DNA from: Azolla caroliniana
Taxonomy: Eukaryota > Plantae > Polypodiophyta
DNA: 27,374 nt
Assembly: GCA_043228905.1 (NCBI GenBank)
Contig: JBHGNT010000413.1
Span: 1 to 27,374, forward strand
Direction: 5' to 3'
The stretch's first letter is position 1, and each line of letters begins with the position of its first letter. Below the pieces are notes generated by a model. That model did no database searches, was not told the DNA's origin, and saw nothing but the letters and a program-made list of their open reading frames with translations. Position numbers and translations under genes: made by a program. Below are positions 22,072 to 27,374 of this stretch, piece by piece.

Positions 22072-22865
22072 ATGACTTCTAGACGAAACCATAAGGAAAC
22101 ACACGAAGAAATTATAAGTAAGGAAGAATTTTTAGATGTCCTTAACCGTTTAGTTAAAATAGAAAAATGGGCAAAAGAGATTGAAACTGAAAAACAAAAG
22201 GATTTAAAGGAAGAAAAAGAAGTGCTTATTGCTGAAATAACGAAACTTAAAGTAGACAACACGAACCTTCAGAAACAAGTTAAGGACCTTGAGACATCTA
22301 GGGAAGATGGTAAAATATCTTCCCTAGAGGATATTAAGGATGAGATAAAAAAGGTTAAGGAAGAGGTTAAAAGTGATATGGAATTAGCAAAAACTGGGTG
22401 GGTTGATGTAGTAAAACGTAATATTAAAAAGGAACTAAAGGATGAAAATATTGTAAACACGACCCTTGAGGAGGAAAAAATGTGTCAAGCTCGACGCCTA
22501 AATGTACGAGTTAGTGGGCTCAAGGAAGGGGCATCTCCCGACAAAGATGCACAAACATTAGGGAAAATGTTGGGGTACGAAGCCCTACCAATCACTAAAA
22601 CTTGGAGGGTAGGACGTGACACCACTAGGAAAAGAGCTTTAGTCTTCGGTTTAAGCACTCAGAATCTAGAATCACATTTTTTTAAAAGAGACCAATTCTT
22701 CGAGGATTGGGCGGGGACCCTATCTACCTCGATGAAAACCTGACCAAGATGCAAATTGAGCATTGTAAAACTTGTATGTTGCGAGTCATACAAGCTCGTA
22801 AAGAGGGGCATCGGGCTTTTTACTGAGACGGGTGTGTGATAATAAATGATTGTGCCACCAATTGA
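22072..22865 (+). pseudogene. LINE ORF1 (coiled-coil + RRM-like + C-terminal domain), frameshifted
   Basis: E/K-rich heptads, then 'ARRLNVRVSGLKE', 'WRVGR...RALV', and after a frameshift near 22645 'GDPIYLDENLTK'; immediately upstream of an APE domain. Confidence 0.8.
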
Positions 22866-22871
22866 CAGCGT

Positions 22872-23634
22872 GTGGCCCATGTGACAGACAATAAACTTAG
22901 GATAACTTTATGGAACTGTAACAGTGCACATTGGACACACCCTGGCCGTCTAGAGGAGATTTTGAAGGTATTAGACATACTTTGTTTAGTAGAAACACAT
23001 CAAAGTCCAAATCGAGGACTGCTACGAGTTGATGGTTTTCGTTGGGAATCTGTCTTTAGACAAACCTCACGTCGACATACTACTAGAGGGTCTGGAGGGG
23101 TTGCGATACTATTTTGGAGAGAGATACATAATAGGATAGAAATACTAAAGAAAGACCCAGAAGCCCATTTTATGTGGGTGAAAGTCCTCACTAGCAAGGA
23201 TCAGGCGATATTTATCGCCGTTTGTTACTTCCCCCCCGAAAGGATCCCAGTATAATATGGTTGGAGAGGCGAGTATAGTTGATGAAGGAACGCCACATGG
23301 GCCTTCTCCATACGAACCTTTATTGGATGACATACTCCGATATTCTTCTCAAGGGGGAGTCTTCCTTGTAGGAGATTTCAATGCGAGAACCCAATCCCAA
23401 CAATGCACAATATTTCAGATGGATAGAAACCTAGAAATGGTGAATGTCGACCCTTTAGACTTAGACGTAACGCGTACATCAAAGGATCAAGGTGCGGACG
23501 CCACAAGCTTTGGCCGTCATCTACTTGAACTTGGAAGCCAACACCAGATGATCATATATAATGGCTTAGCCAAGTGGCTGGGCTCGGAAGCACTCACATG
23601 TTTCCCACATGGAGAGGAAAACACAGTTGATTAC
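22872..23634 (+). pseudogene. LINE ORF2 apurinic-type endonuclease, 3'-truncated
   Basis: 'ITLWNCN', 'DILCLVETH', 'GSGGVAIL', 'IAVCYFPP', 'FLVGDFNAR', 'SFGRHLLEL', 'IIYNG', 'LTCF...TVDY'; frameshift near 23245; stops resembling APE right after VDY. Confidence 0.92.
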
Positions 23635-24257
23635 TGTGAAAGTGATTTTAGAATTCAAGGTATTGGACACTACAAGAATATAAGGTATGGTGCGTTCACA
23701 TCCGGAGGGCAAGATCACGAACCAAGGTCTCAAGGATAAGTCAAATTAAAAGCAAGAAAGATGGAGAAAAGTAAAAGAAAAAAAAAGCGTGCCACCAAAG
23801 CACAGTCTACAACGAACGCTCATAACTCATTCTTTTGGAAGCCAAATATAATGTGCAAATATGGTTTAGAAAGCTTGTGAAGAGAGCTATCTATAGCTTT
23901 TTAAATCTCTAAATTTAGAGCTCGAATGAGGGAGATATGACAATTAGAAGATCGTTGTGTCATAGTTAAGAATAGGACTCGATGAAAAACTCTAAAAAAA
24001 GCATAAAAAAGAAAGCAAGGGAAAGTTATCTAGTTGAGAAGACTTTTATATAAAGGAAGAAGAGTAAGGTGGTGTAAGGGAGTCTCTTTCTTGTGATGTT
24101 TTCTTGCCTATTCACGTAGTGTTGGTTGAGTTGTTATCAATTTATCCTTGTAGACTTGGATTTATGTATCTTCTTTCTCTCTTCCTTCCATCATAATTAT
24201 TCATTAGCAATAGATCTTTGTGGTTTTGGGTCTGTTTATCTTCCTTATCTCTCCTTA
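23635..24257 (+). mobile_element. LTR-like fragment cutting off the endonuclease
   Basis: Starts TGTGAAAG exactly where APE similarity ends; TATATAA at 24047-24053 followed by T/C-rich tract; no 3' CA/PBS identified. Confidence 0.4.
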
Positions 24258-25029
24258 ATGACTGAAAAGCATGAACAGATGATGGCCGGTTGCATAGCTT
24301 CTATGAGCTCAAGAATACAAGCACTACTTGTTGATTTGGAAGCAGTTAAATCAGCTTAGATAAAGACAGAAAAGCAATTCTCTTCAATAAAGTCTACATA
24401 TGAATGGATTGCATCGACAATCCAAAATTCAGAAAGTGAGGTGTTGAAAGAGGAGTTGAAGAAAGAGCTGAACAATATGGGCACTCAATTAGGATCATAG
24501 ATGAGAGACCTTGATACTTGCAGAATTGCATATTGCGAACTAGATAATAAGTTATCAGCTTTAAAGTTGCATTCTGAGAACTTTGTGTGCTTGATGCAAG
24601 ATTTAAAACGAAAAGGTTTTGAAACTTTGTGTCCATCTGTAATTGAGCACCCAAGTGGTATGGAAAGTACCATTACTAGTATAGCTATATCACGGTATTG
24701 GCTTTAAAAGTTATTTATTTCTACTTCTGTGGTATAAATATCATATTAGCTAATATATTATAACTTGTGTTTGCAATATGCCAGGTGTATATTTTGTGGC
24801 CTCGGATTCAAGATTGAGGCTATGGATGTTGTGATTACACCGTCCTTGCACACATATCATGTGCTATGTGCTAAGTATCATTTTGAGAAAATAAATACAT
24901 GTATGGACTATAAAACTACAGTTGCTGCTGAGTGGTACTATGCTTGGGGTTTAAAAGTACACCTGTACGGTATGTGGCTCTACTATTCTATTGTTTGTAT
25001 TATATGATGTCAATTTACATTTGGATTAG

Positions 25030-26065
25030 AACTAGTGTACGCCACAATTCATACTTCAAATTTAGGAAAACAATGGATTAGTACTAGTGTAGCTCCAACA
25101 ACTAATATGTGGAACCCTATTTATGTGGGTTAGTATTGGCAGTACTCTTAATATATAATTGGTATGGGTAGTTGAACGGATATTTTCCAAAATTAGTACT
25201 ATTTGAGTAATTTGGGGACCAAGTGTGACATTGTTCGGGATTGGTACTAGTTATGTAATTTGAGCACAAGGTATGTAGTACACTATGAACAATTAGTACT
25301 AAACGTGTAATTTGGGAATTAGGAGTGTAGAACACATATCATGATTAGTACTATTTGTATGCAAAATACCACTTTAGTACTAAAGAAGGAAGCTGTTTAG
25401 ATGTATTTGTTGGATAAGTTGTTCGTCTAATCTATATTACAACTTGCCTAGTACTAGTTTAGTACACACTATACTTGCAGTACACTGTTGACTATTAGTA
25501 ATATTTGTGTAATTTGAGAATTAGTTGTGTAGTACATTGTTCACGATTAGTACTAGTTATGTAATTTGGGAACAAGGAGTATAGTAAATTGCTGAAGATT
25601 AGTACAGTTTGTGTAATTTGGAAATGAGGTGTGTTAAACACATATCACATTTAGTACTAATACTGTTGAAGATTAATACTGTTGGTGTAATTAGTACTAG
25701 TTATGTAATTAGGTGTGTAGAACACATATCACGTTTAGTATTACTTGTGTGCAAAATACCACGTTAGTACTAAAGTCCAATCTACATTTGTTGGATTAGA
25801 TGTTAGTCCAATCTATATTACAACGTGCCTAGTACTATTGTTAGTACACACTATACTTGTAGTACATTGTTGACGATTAGTACTAGTTGTGTAATTTGGG
25901 AACTGAGTAGTAAATTGTTGATGATTAGTACTAGTTGTGTAATTTGGGAACTAAGTGAGTAGTACATTGTTCATGATTAGTAGTAGTTGTGTAATTTGGG
26001 AGCTAAGTGAGTAATACATTGTTCACGATTAATACTAGATGTGTAATATGGGAACCAGGTGTAGC
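25030..26065. repeat. Degenerate ~52-bp minisatellite rich in TAGTACTA palindromes
   Basis: GATTAGTACTAGTTGTGTAATTTGGGAACTAAGTGAGTAGTACATTGTTCAT-like units start at 25923, 25975, 26027; larger block 25321-25500 recurs at ~25711-25883. Confidence 0.88.
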
Positions 26066-27203
26066 CTAATGATTTAGTAATGCAGTTCTTGTGACCTACA
26101 TTGTATTTTTTATATCACGGTACTAACGTTGAAGGTTTTTTTGTTTCTTGCAATGAATGTTGTAGTGTCAAGCAACTCCACTCCAGGGAAGGTAATGGAA
26201 CAACCAGCCCTTGTGCCTAAACCCTCGGTATCTGCTGCACATTCCAAGGTTCGGGGACCATCATTACCAGTAACCTATGAGTTTTATGATGAAGATGAAT
26301 GTATGAGAAGGCCCATTGGAGCAGTGGAACATATGCTTCTACAAACAAATTCCCCAAGCTCCGGTCAACATCAAAACAATCTAGGTAACACAAATTGAGT
26401 TAGCATATCTATATTCTCATTTGTGTGTATGTTGAATGCCTAATGTCTTTAAAAAAGAGCCCACTAAGAAGAGGAATGCTACAAGAAAGTTGTAAGGAAA
26501 GGGCAAGAAAGGCAAAGTTGAATGCAATGGTGAGTCATATATGTTCTCACATGTCCGGAGAGTTGTCAACCTAATGCATTGTCTAATACCATGTACTTGT
26601 GTTACTAGCTGATGACAAAATGATCTTTGGTGAGGGAGATACGAGTCCAAAACCTGATCATGAAGACGAATTTATCACACTCCCAGGTACATGTCAGAAG
26701 CCCTCTAAGAAAACAATGATTTAGATCATAACAAACCTATTATAGTGGTGCTTTTGGTGCATTCTATAGATACTATTATGAAATCTTCTATTGACAATGA
26801 GCTCCAACCTGTTGAAGACTTAGATGTTGTGGAGAAGATGACCGAGCCTACCACTTGCAATGGGTTGTCTACGGCTGTGTAGTATGACGATGTAACAATA
26901 GGTAAAAATCTAGCTATTAACCTTATGTTCATTGTTGTTGGTATGTTTGCAAACTTTTGAGTATATGTGAGTTGATACTAATATTCTCTGGAATCCCATT
27001 ATTTAGGTTTACAAGAGCAGTCTGATTCCCAATTGCAATCAAATGAATCAGGAACTATATGGAGCACAAGTGCAGAGTCAGATTCTGGGATTAACCTTTG
27101 CATGGAGGCAAACTTTGGGAGCACATCTTCCAAACATGAGGGCTATTAAAAACAGGAAGCATTCATATTTGAAGAGCAGCTGGCATGTACAAACAACAAT
27201 TTG

Positions 27204-27374
27204 TCTAAAGAAGCCCATGAGGAGTGTGGAAAGAATATCACTAGTACTGAAGAGGAGTGTGATTGTACTGAGAATGTGCTAGTAGCGTCTAAAGAATCCC
27301 ATGAGGAGTGTGGAAAGAATATTGTTAGTACTGAAGAGGAGCTTGATTGTGTTGAGAATATGCTAGTAGTGTCT
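27204..27374 (+). repeat. 84-bp (28-aa) coding tandem repeat running off the window
   Basis: SKEAHEECGKNITSTEEECDCTENVLVA / SKESHEECGKNIVSTEEELDCVENMLVV; units start 27204, 27288, 27372. Confidence 0.9.

Larger units (their letters stand above)
24258..27374 (+). pseudogene. Decayed multi-exon gene: coiled-coil + RING-H2 + low-complexity acidic region; exons ~24258-24694, 24785-24969, 26166-26384, 26458-26529, 26609-26901, 27007->27374
   Basis: GT-AG introns with concordant phases (2,1,1,1,1); exon 2 'RCIFC...TPSLHTYHVLC...TCMDY' is RING-H2 spacing with two Cys lost; in-frame TAG/TAA stops and one frameshift (~26715). Confidence 0.7.

Noticed and set aside
25030-26065. CRISPR-like repeat/spacer array
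   Set aside because: Whole units are similar to each other, no unique spacers, eukaryotic context, no cas genes.

Overview
Eukaryotic, land-plant-like nuclear DNA (a fern or other non-seed plant is my low-confidence guess) made mostly of nested, decayed retroelements around one intact host gene. The host gene is a 7-coding-exon HMGB gene on the minus strand (15918-18138, 152 aa), missed by the ORF track; all splice phases reconcile. Left of it: a 5'-truncated L1-type LINE with poly(A) and a perfect 17-bp TSD (789-2926); a Ty3/gypsy-type LTR with a tRNA-Arg-like PBS (3298-3862); further LTR-like sequence and exact tandem duplications; a Ty1/copia LTR+PBS+gag start joined in frame to a second L1 RT (8905-15197). 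That RT is split by the oddest object in the window: a 2.96-kb TG...CA insert with LTR-like promoter/poly(A) signals at its 3' end, a decayed ~750-codon coiled-coil ORF, no pol domains and no normal TSD. Right of HMGB: a non-L1 LINE (coiled-coil ORF1 + APE endonuclease, RTEX/CR1-group-like) and a decayed multi-exon coiled-coil + RING-H2 gene with a 52-bp satellite inside an intron. All calls are by eye; no searches were run.
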